The notes: generated by a model not told the origin, from the letters alone. DNA of 64,000 bases from Reinekea sp. (GCA_050293765.1 JBNKNI010000009.1:47459-111458), one strand, 5' to 3'; shown: positions 1-9,975, counted from the first letter of the stretch. Translations and numbers: made by a program.

Positions 1-206
1 AAGTCAGGTTCCTCAACGGTACTTAAACCTTTGGTTAAGGTCAGATTGTCACTGGCGTTCAGTGCGAACGCCATTAACCGAGCGACCATCCGTTCGAGTG
101 TTTCCGACGGATGCAACGCAACGGTCAAGTGATAATCCTGATAATGCTGGCGATTCAGATCGGACAGATTCAGGTTCAATTTGTAAATGACGGGTTTTAA
201 GGCCAC
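1..206 (-). CDS. yaeQ: YaeQ family protein, N-terminal 68 codons; the gene continues past position 1
   Basis: Absent from the ORF track because there is no stop in the window. The minus-strand frame from GTG at 206-204 (AGGAAG about 8 nt upstream) reads MALKPVIYKLNLNLSDLNRQHYQDYHLTVALHPSETLERMVARLMAFALNASDNLTLTKGLSTVEEPD. This is colinear with the E. coli YaeQ N-terminus as I recall it (MALKATIYKA..HPSET.ERMM.RLLA..FT.GL..DEP). Confidence 0.75.
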   Translation of the reverse strand, partial: MALKPVIYKLNLNLSDLNRQHYQDYHLTVALHPSETLERMVARLMAFALNASDNLTLTKGLSTVEEPD

Positions 207-423
207 AGAGATGCTTCCTGGAATTTGGTGCAAGCATAGCAGGTTTCGACCGGTGGTAAGAGTAACATCCTTGATGACGATCAATGGAGTATCTTTCTGC
301 AGGGTGGCTTTTCTTAAGCTATGTTTCGTAAGGAGCCTGGCGGCAATGGTCGGGCTTTTACAATCAATAACCCAAGTGTCGCCCGCAGAGCTGCTGGCTT
401 CGTAGCGGAGGTTAGGCAAAATT

Positions 424-1953
424 ATGGCGAAGCTATCGCAACCCTACACCAAAGAGCGCCTGCAGAAAGTGTTGGAAGGCACCCGGTTGGGTATGTGGGA
501 TTGGAACCCGCAGACCAATGAGGTGGTGTTTGATCACAATTGGGCCGAGATGCTTGGGGTGACCCTCGACGATTTAACCATGACACTGGACGATTGGTCT
601 TCACGGGTACATCCGGATGACATCGATAGCTGTTTCGCGGATATTCAGGCGCATATGGAGGGCAAAACAGACTATTACGAAAACCTACATCGGATGAAAC
701 ACGCGGATGGTCATTGGCGATATATCCTCGATCGCGGAGCTGTCGTTGAGCGGGATGCCGATGGCAATGTGACTCGTTTCACTGGCACGCACACGGACAT
801 CACACCTCTGAAAAAAGCTGAGTTTCAGGCCACGCAGGCGCTGCAGCAACGTGAACGGTTTTTTTCTTCTATGTCACATGAATTACGGGCGCCCGTGCAC
901 GCCATGATGGGTATTGTTGAAATGGTATCCAAAAAGCTGACCGATCCGGAACTAACCGCACAGTTGGATATTGTGCGTAACAGTGGTCAGCATTTGTTAA
1001 TGGTTATCAAAGATATTCTGGACGCTGCAAAATTACAGGAAGCCAATCTGTCCTTGTCACCCAGTGTATTTAATGTTGCGGATCTGATGAGTTATGTAGT
1101 TCAGTTGTACATGATTAATGCTGCGCAAAAAGACCTAATGTTATTTACATCTGTTTCCGAAGCCATGTCGACGGAGGTCGTGGAAATGGATCGGTCGAGG
1201 TTGGCGCAGATCTTAATTAACCTGGTTTCCAACAGCATAAAATACACCGAACACGGGGAGGTTGAACTGTCACTGACGGAAGAAGAAGGGCAGTTGGCGA
1301 TAACCGTGTGCGACACGGGTGTCGGTATAGCCGACGTGAATCGGATCTTTGAACCTTATGAACAGGAAATGAGTGCTCGTGAAGACGACGTAAATTCAAC
1401 GGGATTGGGTTTGCATATTTGTCAGGTTATTTCGGCAATGCTGGGTATTGAACTGACGGTAATATCCTCCTTGGGTAAAGGCTCTGAGTTTCGGTTAACG
1501 CTGCCCGCGAGTTGCCGACGCACGCCGGACGATGTCGTCGAATTGAACGAGCAATACGCAGTCGTGGATATCAGCCAGTGGCCGCCACTGACGCTCTTGA
1601 TCGTCGATGACACCGCCATAAACATCAGTGTTGCCGTAACCATGCTGTCGGAAACGCCGTGTCGTATTCTGGTGGCTAAAAATGGCCTCAAAGCACTGGA
1701 GATTCTGAAAAAAACAGACGTTGATGTGGTATTCACCGACTTGCACATGCCCGAAATGGGTGGTCTGGGATTAACCGCTGCCATTCGTGGCGATTCTTCG
1801 ATCAAACCGCCCAAGATCATTGGTCAGTCTGCCGATGCACAGCAAGAAATGCAGAACAAATGCTTGGCGGCGGGCATGGACGGGTATCTGGCAAAACCCT
1901 TCAGTCAACAAGATTTGTTTCGGGTTATTCAACGTATTGCGGTAGATGCCTGA
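424..1953 (+). CDS. Cytoplasmic hybrid sensor histidine kinase (PAS, HisKA, HATPase, receiver)
   Basis: 509-aa ORF. PAS-like block GMWDWNPQTNEV..HRMKHADGHWRYILDRG; H-box FFSSMSHELRAP; ATPase boxes NLVSNSIKYT, DTGVGI, GLGLHI. C-terminal receiver LLIVDD..VVFTDLHMPEMGG..LAKP. No hydrophobic transmembrane segment seen. Confidence 0.9.
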   Translation: MAKLSQPYTKERLQKVLEGTRLGMWDWNPQTNEVVFDHNWAEMLGVTLDDLTMTLDDWSSRVHPDDIDSCFADIQAHMEGKTDYYENLHRMKHADGHWRYILDRGAVVERDADGNVTRFTGTHTDITPLKKAEFQATQALQQRERFFSSMSHELRAPVHAMMGIVEMVSKKLTDPELTAQLDIVRNSGQHLLMVIKDILDAAKLQEANLSLSPSVFNVADLMSYVVQLYMINAAQKDLMLFTSVSEAMSTEVVEMDRSRLAQILINLVSNSIKYTEHGEVELSLTEEEGQLAITVCDTGVGIADVNRIFEPYEQEMSAREDDVNSTGLGLHICQVISAMLGIELTVISSLGKGSEFRLTLPASCRRTPDDVVELNEQYAVVDISQWPPLTLLIVDDTAINISVAVTMLSETPCRILVAKNGLKALEILKKTDVDVVFTDLHMPEMGGLGLTAAIRGDSSIKPPKIIGQSADAQQEMQNKCLAAGMDGYLAKPFSQQDLFRVIQRIAVDA

Positions 1954-2170
1954 AGCCAAAATGCGGTGAGCAACTATCGGCAAGTGTGGCAGGGAATAGC
2001 AAGTCCTTTTCAAAATACACAACAATAATCAAATCATCGATCTGAAGGACGCGATGGGCGGGCCTGAATTGGCAAATTTCATTGTTAAGACATTTGCCAA
2101 AATAGTGAATACTGCCTGCAGAACTTGCCTCAAAAAATTTGCGCATATCTGCACCCGCTGAGGTAGATAG

Positions 2171-3247
2171 CTAGCAGAGCCATTGACTTATGGACTGCCA
2201 GATACGGGCATCGCGTAGTAGTTCAATGTGACCAACGTTTGTTAGCATTACTTTTTCTGTCGCCTGTTTTAAACTTAATGCACTGGTCGTCGTGACCAGC
2301 CCATCGCCAAGTGCCTTTTTAACGTGTGCCTGTGTTACGGCTAATTCGCCCGCTACGAGGTAAATGCGCGTTGCCGCAAGAGGTGTGTTCGGGTTGTAGC
2401 CATGATTCAAATCGTGAATGCCAGCACTGCGCATCCGGGTCAGGTAAGTCAGCGGTAGGGTAAAGGATATCTGACTCAATTGTTCTTCCAGCCAATGCCC
2501 GAGTTGCGCCATGGGTGCGCCCTGGTGTGGTGAACCAACACAAATGAGGGTTTTGACAGCCCCCTCCAGTGTTGATTTATTCTGCCGTGCCCTTTGCAGA
2601 GCGATATGCGCAATCAGCCCACCCATACTGTGACCAATAAAGGCGTATTCATCTCCAGGTTGGTGTTGCTGCTCAAGTGATTGCAGCAACAGGTTTGCGT
2701 TGCGCAGTAATGGCAGACCGCTGTTGTAATCGACAAACATTGGCTGCCAGCCGAGTTCGGTGATGTTATTGAGCATCTGTGGCGATTGCCAGGCAAGCTG
2801 GTCCATACACAGGCCGTGTAAAAAAATGGCTTTCTTTTGAGTGGCAGGGCCTTGACCGGTCAGCAGACGAAATGGTTTTGCCAGAGGGTTGTGGCTATCG
2901 GCTAACTGGTCGCCCAGCACGCCATTTAACACTGCAATGGTTTGACGACGAGTGTTACTTTTATCATCGCTGATTTCCTGCACAGCGACTTTTCGCGCTA
3001 ACGGGTGCAATACCGCTTCGGCTGTGATGGGCGCAAATTTTATGCCGGTGTAAACCCATTTGGTGCCGGTGTATAACCAACGCAACGGGCTGGATTCTGT
3101 GATGCCAACTGCGCGTAACACGGCAAAATGCAGTTGTTCGCTGGCTGTAATAACGTGGTGGGTGCTGCGCGCAGCCAGTTGTGCTGCCGCCAGGGTATCG
3201 GTCAGCCGAAAATGGGATTGCCAATTCAGTTTCTTTTTTTCAACCAT
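2171..3247 (-). CDS. Alpha/beta-fold hydrolase (lipase/esterase-like)
   Basis: Nucleophile elbow GHSMGG, upstream IFLHGL oxyanion-type block, and VGSPHQGAP. I prefer the ATG at 3247 (MVEKKK, GGAG about 9 nt upstream) over the GTG at 3268 used by the ORF track. Confidence 0.7.
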   Translation of the reverse strand: MVEKKKLNWQSHFRLTDTLAAAQLAARSTHHVITASEQLHFAVLRAVGITESSPLRWLYTGTKWVYTGIKFAPITAEAVLHPLARKVAVQEISDDKSNTRRQTIAVLNGVLGDQLADSHNPLAKPFRLLTGQGPATQKKAIFLHGLCMDQLAWQSPQMLNNITELGWQPMFVDYNSGLPLLRNANLLLQSLEQQHQPGDEYAFIGHSMGGLIAHIALQRARQNKSTLEGAVKTLICVGSPHQGAPMAQLGHWLEEQLSQISFTLPLTYLTRMRSAGIHDLNHGYNPNTPLAATRIYLVAGELAVTQAHVKKALGDGLVTTTSALSLKQATEKVMLTNVGHIELLRDARIWQSISQWLC

Positions 3248-3328
3248 GAGCGATTGCTCCTGACGCACGCGAGGCGGTGCGATATGCTGTGCGGTAATGA
3301 ATTATAGCCACTGTACGCCTAACACTTT

Positions 3329-4018
3329 ATGAATCCATTGATCAATGACACCTTTATCGCGCCACCTTGTCAGGAATCGTTAGGCATTGTGTATGAAGAC
3401 GAAAGCCTGCTGGTGATCAACAAGCCGAGTGGCTTGCTGAGTTTATCCGGTAAAAACCCGGCCAATCTGGATTCGGTTCATCACCGTCTGGTGCAGCAAT
3501 GGCCAACCGCGCAGTTGATTCACCGTCTGGATTTCGGAACGTCTGGGTTGCTGGTAGTGGCGTTGTCGCAAGACATCGCCAAGGCTTTGAATCGACAGTT
3601 TCAGCAACGGCAGGTCACTAAACGTTATTTTGCGATGTTACAGGGGTTAGTTGACGCCGATTGCGGGTTGATTGACGCACCCATTGGCAAAGACCCTTTG
3701 CATTTTCCTAAAGTAAAAATCTGCTCGGTTACAGGCAAGCCCGCGCTGACAGAATATGCCGTTATCGAGCGCTTTCCTGAGCAAGAAACAACGCTCGTAG
3801 CCTATACACCGTTAACCGGCCGAACTCATCAGTTGCGCATCCACAGCGCCCATATCGGTCACCCGATCCTGGGTTGTGACCTTTATGGCACGACCGAGAC
3901 CAAAACCAGAGCGAGTCGATTACTGCTGCAAGCCTGCGATTTGAGCTTTATCCATCCGGTCAGCGGCGAAGCTCTGTCCTTCCGTCAAGCGCTGGAGGGC
4001 GCTTTTGATTCATGTTGA
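3329..4018 (+). CDS. rluA: RluA-family pseudouridine synthase (23S rRNA/tRNA dual-specificity type)
   Basis: 229 aa. LLVINKPSGLLS, catalytic HRLDFGTSGLLVVA, TGRTHQLRIH, and GHPILGC. Colinear with E. coli RluA along the whole length. Confidence 0.85.
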   Translation: MNPLINDTFIAPPCQESLGIVYEDESLLVINKPSGLLSLSGKNPANLDSVHHRLVQQWPTAQLIHRLDFGTSGLLVVALSQDIAKALNRQFQQRQVTKRYFAMLQGLVDADCGLIDAPIGKDPLHFPKVKICSVTGKPALTEYAVIERFPEQETTLVAYTPLTGRTHQLRIHSAHIGHPILGCDLYGTTETKTRASRLLLQACDLSFIHPVSGEALSFRQALEGAFDSC

Positions 4019-4142
4019 TGACCGTAACCCTGTCAGATCATGGCGTGAGAGTGGTGTGGGTTGAAGAGAATGGACTCAGGGGGCAGGGTTGCAATAGCCA
4101 ATTTCTGCCCCTTAAGGTGGATAACCGTTGCACAGACGTGTC

Positions 4143-4823
4143 TTAAACTTCCAGAATCGCCAGTACATCGGTGCCGTCTTCCGCCGTAATAGTGGAAATG
4201 GATACAATGGGTTCCGCCTGGATCTCACTGGCCGCAGTTTGCGCGGTTTCCTGTGCTTGTTCTGGTGTGATTATGGGTTCTTGCCCGGCGCTCAGTTGAG
4301 TGCTCTGTCCGGCGTTAAATTCATCCGTGATTTCTGAAATGCGAGATTCAGTCAACGCCGCCTGTCGTTCCAAAGCGCTGATGGCGCTATCCAATCGAGC
4401 GACGGGATTGTCGGTCACAAAATAGGAATCAGTCAGTAGCGGACCTGCGTCTTCCGCACCGGAACCAAAACGCGCCTCCAGTGCAGCCGCCCGGATACGT
4501 TGCAACGCCTCTTGAGGTGTTTCACCGGTATCCTTTTGGGCGTCTTTGAGCAATTGATCGCGCTGTGTCTGCAGTTGGACCAGCTTTTCCTGATCGGCGC
4601 GCAGTTGGTCGGCCAATCGATTGCTTTCGTCCACCAGCGGCGCCCGTTCAGTGTCTCGTGTCAGGGTTCTCTGTGACAGCCGTAACTCTTGTTGATCGGG
4701 TTCAGATGTCAACTTTGCTCTAGATTCAGTCGAATCCGCTCGGTTTACCGGAAAGCTTTGCGTGTCGCGCGTCGTACGTTGTACGGGCAATGAACTGCTG
4801 ATGGCATTGATATCTGCGGACAT
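4143..4823 (-). CDS. Hypothetical acidic, Q/E/T-rich protein with a predicted coiled-coil core; no signal peptide or transmembrane segment
   Basis: 226-aa ORF with no competing ORF of similar length. Low-complexity N- and C-terminal thirds; central heptad-like LADQLRADQEKLVQLQTQRDQLLKDAQKD. I recognise no family motif. Confidence 0.5.
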   Translation of the reverse strand: MSADINAISSSLPVQRTTRDTQSFPVNRADSTESRAKLTSEPDQQELRLSQRTLTRDTERAPLVDESNRLADQLRADQEKLVQLQTQRDQLLKDAQKDTGETPQEALQRIRAAALEARFGSGAEDAGPLLTDSYFVTDNPVARLDSAISALERQAALTESRISEITDEFNAGQSTQLSAGQEPIITPEQAQETAQTAASEIQAEPIVSISTITAEDGTDVLAILEV

Positions 4824-5017
4824 GGGTCACCTCCACGCATGAAGCGTTATAACTCATAATGCGCTTTGATTAATCTTTAATCAATTTACGGGCGAGATTG
4901 GCATTAGATCACCTGATCTGGCTCATCTATTTGCCGGTTATTCCTCTATCGATGTATGGTTGGACCTGGGCGCAGCCGCAGCCGCTGACCGTATAGACCA
5001 CTTCAGGACCGCAAAAC

Positions 5018-5350
5018 ATGGCAAAAAAACAGGTTTCACAGGAAACGATTGACGAAGCTCTTAAAATAGCCAAAGGGACCGCTCGTCCAGGGCAGACCAA
5101 AGAGCAGACCAAGCTGATCGCGCAAGGTATCGAAAAGGGTATTGCTGAGTACAAAAAACGAGAGAAAGCCAAAGCTCGCGAACGGGACAAAGCGCGAAAA
5201 AAATCCCACGCGCAAACCGATTCGACGGCAGAGGCTACCGAGTCCGCATCAACTGAGTCCACATCAGCATTCATGCAATGGCTCCCCTGGATTTTATTGT
5301 CCGTCAGCTATGTTGGTTTTTTAATCTATGCGCTGAAGGGAACTAATTAG
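5018..5350 (+). CDS. Small lysine-rich protein with a C-terminal transmembrane helix (DUF2956-like)
   Basis: 110 aa. The block KPGQTKEQTKLIAQGIEKGIAEYKKREKAKARE, followed by one hydrophobic helix WLPWILLSVSYVGFLIYAL, matches my memory of DUF2956 proteins from Vibrio/Shewanella-type genomes. Confidence 0.6.
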   Translation: MAKKQVSQETIDEALKIAKGTARPGQTKEQTKLIAQGIEKGIAEYKKREKAKARERDKARKKSHAQTDSTAEATESASTESTSAFMQWLPWILLSVSYVGFLIYALKGTN

Positions 5351-5395
5351 TTTTTCGCCCATCCAAGCATCCGAAAAAATAATGGAATACCTGAG

Positions 5396-6358
5396 ATGGG
5401 TTGGTTAAGACTATTTCTGGCACTGTTTGGATTGCCTGTTTTTGGAGCATGCATGGATTTTTCAATGGCACTGCCGGATAACCGGACATTGAGTTATGCG
5501 ATTTATGGTGACCCGATGGGGCAACCGGTTTTCTATTTTCATGGTGGTCAGGAAAGCCGACTTTCTGCAGCTTTTCTGCACGAGACCGCGTTGAATCTGA
5601 GAATACGACTCATTGCACCGGACCGGCCAGGCGTCGGTCAGTCAGATTTTCAACCCGAACGACGGTTTATTGATTGGTCTCAGGATATTGCCTGGCTTGC
5701 GCAAGAACTCGATGTTCAACAGTTTTCGGTGATGGGTCTTTCTGGCGGAGCGCCTCATGTGTTGGCCGTATTGCAGGCCATGCCGGATCGAGTGCATCGA
5801 GCGTCGATTGTTTCCGGCGCCATTCCCTACGACGTGAAAGGATCGACCAAGGGCATGTGGTTTCCCGTGAAAATGATCCATTACTTTGCCAGTCGAAAAA
5901 ACGACAAAACCCTACGAAAAATTATGCAGGGTGAACGAGATCAATTGTTTAACGCGCCGGATAAAAAAATTCGTCAGTTTCAAAAATACCTTCCAAAACC
6001 AGATCGCGAACTTATGCTGGAACAACCCGAGGTAGCGACGGAGTTCATCCGTGGCAGCCAGGAGGCGTTCAGTAATGGGATTGATGGCGTGGTGCAAGAG
6101 TGGCGTCTTTATGTACAACCTTGGAATATTGACCTTGCCCAAATACACGTTCCGGTTTCGCTCTGGTACGGTGGCAAGGACAAAATGGCGCCCCCACAGA
6201 GAGGGCTCTATCTTGAAAAAAACCTACCAAGAGCGACGTTGCATGAGATGAGCGACGAAGGACATTTCTCGCTCATTCATCGGTATCAGTATGACATTCT
6301 GTCTGATTTGTTACATCCGGATACGGTGTCGGCGACAGAGACTGAGCGGGAGCTTTAG
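5396..6358 (+). CDS. Alpha/beta hydrolase, possibly exported or a lipoprotein
   Basis: 320 aa. FYFHGG oxyanion block and GLSGGAP nucleophile elbow. The N-terminus MGWLRLFLALFGLPVFGAC resembles a signal peptide with a lipobox-like FGAC. An alternative start at M20 (5453) would give a cytoplasmic form. Confidence 0.7.
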   Translation: MGWLRLFLALFGLPVFGACMDFSMALPDNRTLSYAIYGDPMGQPVFYFHGGQESRLSAAFLHETALNLRIRLIAPDRPGVGQSDFQPERRFIDWSQDIAWLAQELDVQQFSVMGLSGGAPHVLAVLQAMPDRVHRASIVSGAIPYDVKGSTKGMWFPVKMIHYFASRKNDKTLRKIMQGERDQLFNAPDKKIRQFQKYLPKPDRELMLEQPEVATEFIRGSQEAFSNGIDGVVQEWRLYVQPWNIDLAQIHVPVSLWYGGKDKMAPPQRGLYLEKNLPRATLHEMSDEGHFSLIHRYQYDILSDLLHPDTVSATETEREL

Positions 6359-6392
6359 CCCGGAAATTTCACTTTGAGGTTTGGAGATAAAG

Positions 6393-6845
6393 ATGAAGAA
6401 GCGAATGCTGTTGGTCTTGTTCATACTGTCGTCTTGGGTTAGTGCGGCAGAACCGGTGAGCAAACACTTCTTTACCGGTGTGGCTATTGGCGGCCAGGAC
6501 ACTGTCGCTTACCACGAACAGAAAAGCGGCGCGGCGGTGGACGGAAATTCTGCGTTTACCTTTGAATGGCAGGGCGCGAAATGGCGTTTTGCGTCGCAGG
6601 CGTCTTTGGATAAATTTGCAGAGAACCCTGCCCAATGGGTTCCGGAGTTTAATGGGCATTGCGCCAACGCGCTTAGCCTGGGAGAAGGGCTGGTGAAAAC
6701 CGACGGCTCGGTTTGGCAGTTTTTCGATGACAAGCTTTATTTGTTTTATGCCCGAAAGGGTTTAGCGCGCTGGCAACAGGGCGACTATGCGCGCTACCGG
6801 GAGGACGCGGAAGCGGCTTGGAATTCGATTCTCAGCGCACCCTAA
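6393..6845 (+). CDS. Secreted YHS-domain protein (Cys form of the YHS-domain (seleno)protein family)
   Basis: Start chosen at MKKRML (GGAG 6 nt upstream). Signal peptide ..SSWVSAAEP. Blocks FEWQGAKWRFAS and PEFNGHCANALS, then DDKLYLF. Clear paralog of 56650-57093. Confidence 0.7.
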   Translation: MKKRMLLVLFILSSWVSAAEPVSKHFFTGVAIGGQDTVAYHEQKSGAAVDGNSAFTFEWQGAKWRFASQASLDKFAENPAQWVPEFNGHCANALSLGEGLVKTDGSVWQFFDDKLYLFYARKGLARWQQGDYARYREDAEAAWNSILSAP

Positions 6846-6907
6846 ACCGGTCGATTTTTCATGCTGATAAACCGAAGCCTCACCTGCGTTGCACGCCTGT
6901 TTGACGG

Positions 6908-7726
6908 TCATTCACTTTGCGTGTTTTCATCGGGCCACCAACAAAGGCTGCATTCGCGTTCCGCAATCGTAAAACCTAAACTGCGGTATAAATTACTGGC
7001 GTGGTAATGCTCATCGGCGAGAATGACCATGGTTTCGATGTGTTGCGGCGCGCGTTCAATCAGATGACTAAGCAGCCCTTTGGCAATCCCCGTGTTTTGG
7101 AATGCGGGCGTGACCAATACATGTTGAAATCGTGCTAATGAGGCTTGATGGAATAAACCGGCAAACCCGATAAGCTCAGCGCCTCGAAAAGCCCCCAGAT
7201 ACTCCCCCATCTGTTGCTCATGTAGTTGTCGATAGTTGGCGACCTGGCCAGCTAAAAACATGCGATAGTCGCTTTCGCTATGATTACCACTTCGTTCGTT
7301 CCATGATATTTCCGTCCATTGCTGCCAATCCTCGTCGGAGAGGAGCGGTCGGTAGACAACGGTTTCATTCACCTGACCCGGACGGACGAAATCAGACCGG
7401 GTCTGGGTGAGGACATGCATCTCTTCGTATTGAAACCCCGCGTCTGTAAACGCCTGCACGCTGGTGTCATCTTCCTGTTCACGTGTCCAACTGAAGGTAT
7501 AGTGTCGGATGCCTGGCTGCTCTCGAAACTCAGTGTCGAAAAGTGAGAGCCACTCAGGCTTGGTGTGATGATTTAACGGCTTTTTCAAGGCCAGTAGATT
7601 GCCAAAATAGTAAAAAGGCTTGCTGGGTGTGCGTACGACAATGTAGTCGTCGCGTTCCTCTAACTGGCTTTGCAGTTGGCCGATAACAACTTCGCTGCGC
7701 ATACCGATATTGCGGATGGTTGACAT
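6908..7726 (-). CDS. GNAT-family N-acetyltransferase
   Basis: 272 aa. The C-terminal half carries an acetyl-CoA motif, VLVTPAFQNTGIAKGLLSHLI, and YRSLGF. Confidence 0.65.
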   Translation of the reverse strand: MSTIRNIGMRSEVVIGQLQSQLEERDDYIVVRTPSKPFYYFGNLLALKKPLNHHTKPEWLSLFDTEFREQPGIRHYTFSWTREQEDDTSVQAFTDAGFQYEEMHVLTQTRSDFVRPGQVNETVVYRPLLSDEDWQQWTEISWNERSGNHSESDYRMFLAGQVANYRQLHEQQMGEYLGAFRGAELIGFAGLFHQASLARFQHVLVTPAFQNTGIAKGLLSHLIERAPQHIETMVILADEHYHASNLYRSLGFTIAERECSLCWWPDENTQSE

Positions 7727-7861
7727 ACGGAATCCAGATTAGGTTTAGCGGCAGTGTGCCGCTGTGGTGGCTTGAAATCAACGTCGCTGCTGCGAAATAT
7801 TCTAAGGCGGTGTGGCATAAATTGGCAGGCGGCCTATGCTTTACGGTATGTGAACTACGTT

Positions 7862-9712
7862 ATGCCGTCTATGTTCAAACGCTTGTTTCTCATCATAGGT
7901 TTACTGACTCTGCTTGGCTCTGCCTGGTGGAGTTCGGACATTCAGCAAATTGGTGCTGGTGTGGCTATTTTTCTGTTCGGTATGTTGTCGATGGATGAAG
8001 GTTTTAAGACCTTCACCGGCGGTACTTTGGAAAAATTACTGAGTGTCAGTACCAACAAGGTATGGAAGTCATTGGGCTTTGGTGTGCTGGCAACAACGCT
8101 CGTGCAATCCAGCTCCTTGGTATCGGTGATTACCATCTCTTTTTTAAGCTCTGGTTTACTGGAGCTGGTGCAGGGGATCGGCATCATTTTTGGCGCCAAC
8201 ATAGGGACCACGACGGGAGCCTGGCTGGTTTCTGCCTTCGGTCTCAAAGTAAATATCAGTGCCTATGCTATGCCCATGCTGATGGTCGGTGTGGTTTTGG
8301 TGATGCAGAGCCGAAAAAGCCTGAAAGGGATAGGTCATATTCTGACCGGTCTGGGTTTTTTGTTTCTGGGTATTCATTTCATGAAGGAAGGGTTTGATGC
8401 CTTCCGTGGCGCGATTGATTTAAGCGCCTATGCCGTTTCAGGATGGCAGGGTCTGTTGCTGTTTACGTTATTTGGCGTCGTGGCCACCGTGATTATGCAG
8501 TCGAGCCACGCGACATTGGTCTTGATTATTACGGCATTAGCGTCAGGTCAGGTGACCTATGAAAACGCCATTGCGCTGGCCATTGGCGCGAATATCGGGA
8601 CCACCATTACCGCCATTATCGGTGCCCTTGGCGCGAATGCACCCGGCAAACAGTTAGCAGCTGCGCATCTGGTATTTAATGGACTGACAGCCATCGTGGC
8701 GTTAACGCTGATCACCCCGCTGATTCAATTGGTTGAAGTATTGTCCGGCTGGTTAGGGTTTGGCGCTGAGGATTACACGCTGAAACTGAGTTTGTTTCAT
8801 ACGCTTTTTAACGTGCTGGGTGTGGCAATAATGTTGCCGTTTATTCGTGGACTGGCCTCCGTGTTGAAAAAACTGATCGTGGATGATCGCCGACAGCAGC
8901 TGAACCTTCCGGCCAGTCAACCGGACCGGCGTACCGAAACAGTTGCGCCCAAATTTATTTCCGATGTGGTGATGCACCACCCGGATATTGCGCTGAGTGC
9001 GATCATAGAAGAAATTACCCGTATGTGGGATAACGCAGTGGCGGTGATGAGTTACGCGCTGTACTTGAATCGAAAAGATCTGGAGTCGGAAATGCCGCTG
9101 GATCTGGCGTTGGTAAATTCTGAGATTCATGAAAATACCACCGATGTCGACGAATTGTATTTGCGTTATATTCGGCCATTGAACACCGCCATTATTAAGG
9201 CAACCAGTAATATCCCCAAACCGATGAGTAAAACTCAGGACGAAACGGTCTTTGCACTCAAGTTGGCGTGCCGGGATCTGGTGAATGCGGTGAAAGATGT
9301 CAAACATCTGCAAAAGAATGTGTTGAAGTATCACGATCACACCAACGATGATTTGGCCGAACAATACCGGACCTTTCGTTTTCAGCTCGCCAGTCTGTTA
9401 CACAATTTGCAGAACATTCTGAACTACCCAGATCGCGAAGAAGCGCTGTTGGCGTTCAGTGAACAACAGCAGAAGCTGCTGAACAGTGATATTGTCCGTA
9501 ATGGTCATCTCGATGATTTGATTGCCGGACACAAAATCCCGGCTGATACCATTACCTCGTTAATGAACGACAGCCAGTACTGTTTGGATATCGGTCACCG
9601 GGTGCTGCAGATGGCACAGACGTTGTACTGGGCGCATTCGGGGACGCCGACTACCGCGACCAGAGAATTGGTTTTAGATAACGACGAATTGAGTGAGTTG
9701 ACTCATGGCTGA
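7862..9712 (+). CDS. Na/Pi cotransporter family protein with a C-terminal PhoU-like helical domain (YjbB/NptA type)
   Basis: Duplicated transporter repeats (GANIGTTTGAWLVS and GANIGTTITAIIGA) in a polytopic N-terminal half; soluble helical C-terminal half. Start moved to MPSMFKRL at 7862, because the upstream 36 codons of the tracked ORF are Arg/Cys-rich and not membrane-like. Confidence 0.8.
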   Translation: MPSMFKRLFLIIGLLTLLGSAWWSSDIQQIGAGVAIFLFGMLSMDEGFKTFTGGTLEKLLSVSTNKVWKSLGFGVLATTLVQSSSLVSVITISFLSSGLLELVQGIGIIFGANIGTTTGAWLVSAFGLKVNISAYAMPMLMVGVVLVMQSRKSLKGIGHILTGLGFLFLGIHFMKEGFDAFRGAIDLSAYAVSGWQGLLLFTLFGVVATVIMQSSHATLVLIITALASGQVTYENAIALAIGANIGTTITAIIGALGANAPGKQLAAAHLVFNGLTAIVALTLITPLIQLVEVLSGWLGFGAEDYTLKLSLFHTLFNVLGVAIMLPFIRGLASVLKKLIVDDRRQQLNLPASQPDRRTETVAPKFISDVVMHHPDIALSAIIEEITRMWDNAVAVMSYALYLNRKDLESEMPLDLALVNSEIHENTTDVDELYLRYIRPLNTAIIKATSNIPKPMSKTQDETVFALKLACRDLVNAVKDVKHLQKNVLKYHDHTNDDLAEQYRTFRFQLASLLHNLQNILNYPDREEALLAFSEQQQKLLNSDIVRNGHLDDLIAGHKIPADTITSLMNDSQYCLDIGHRVLQMAQTLYWAHSGTPTTATRELVLDNDELSELTHG

Positions 9713-9950
9713 ACAACACGACAAACCCAAGTGGTTGAAACGGTTAAAAAAACTGATGCGTTCGAGCGATGAGAAAGATCGGGAGAAGCTGAAGGAAACG
9801 CTGGAAAAGTTGAAATACAAAGCCAATGAATTGAAGGCACAAATCGACGTTGCCGACACCGAGGAAGAAAAAGAACGACTCACAAAAAAATGGGCTTTGG
9901 TGAATAAGCACCGGAAAAAAGGTATGAAAAAACTGTTGGGTGATGACTAG
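9705..9950 (+). CDS. Small K/E-rich helical protein, function unknown
   Basis: 81 aa. Its ATG overlaps the stop of the Na/Pi transporter gene (ATGGCTGA), and a strong terminator follows. Composition suggests a coiled coil. No family recognised. Confidence 0.45.
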   Translation: MAEQHDKPKWLKRLKKLMRSSDEKDREKLKETLEKLKYKANELKAQIDVADTEEEKERLTKKWALVNKHRKKGMKKLLGDD

Positions 9951-9975
9951 TCCGGAAATTTTACGATATCCCTCA

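Noticed and set aside
49-237. Tracked 62-aa minus-strand ORF at the left edge.
   Set aside because: A different minus-strand frame over the same DNA gives a clean YaeQ N-terminus, so the tracked ORF is an out-of-frame artefact.
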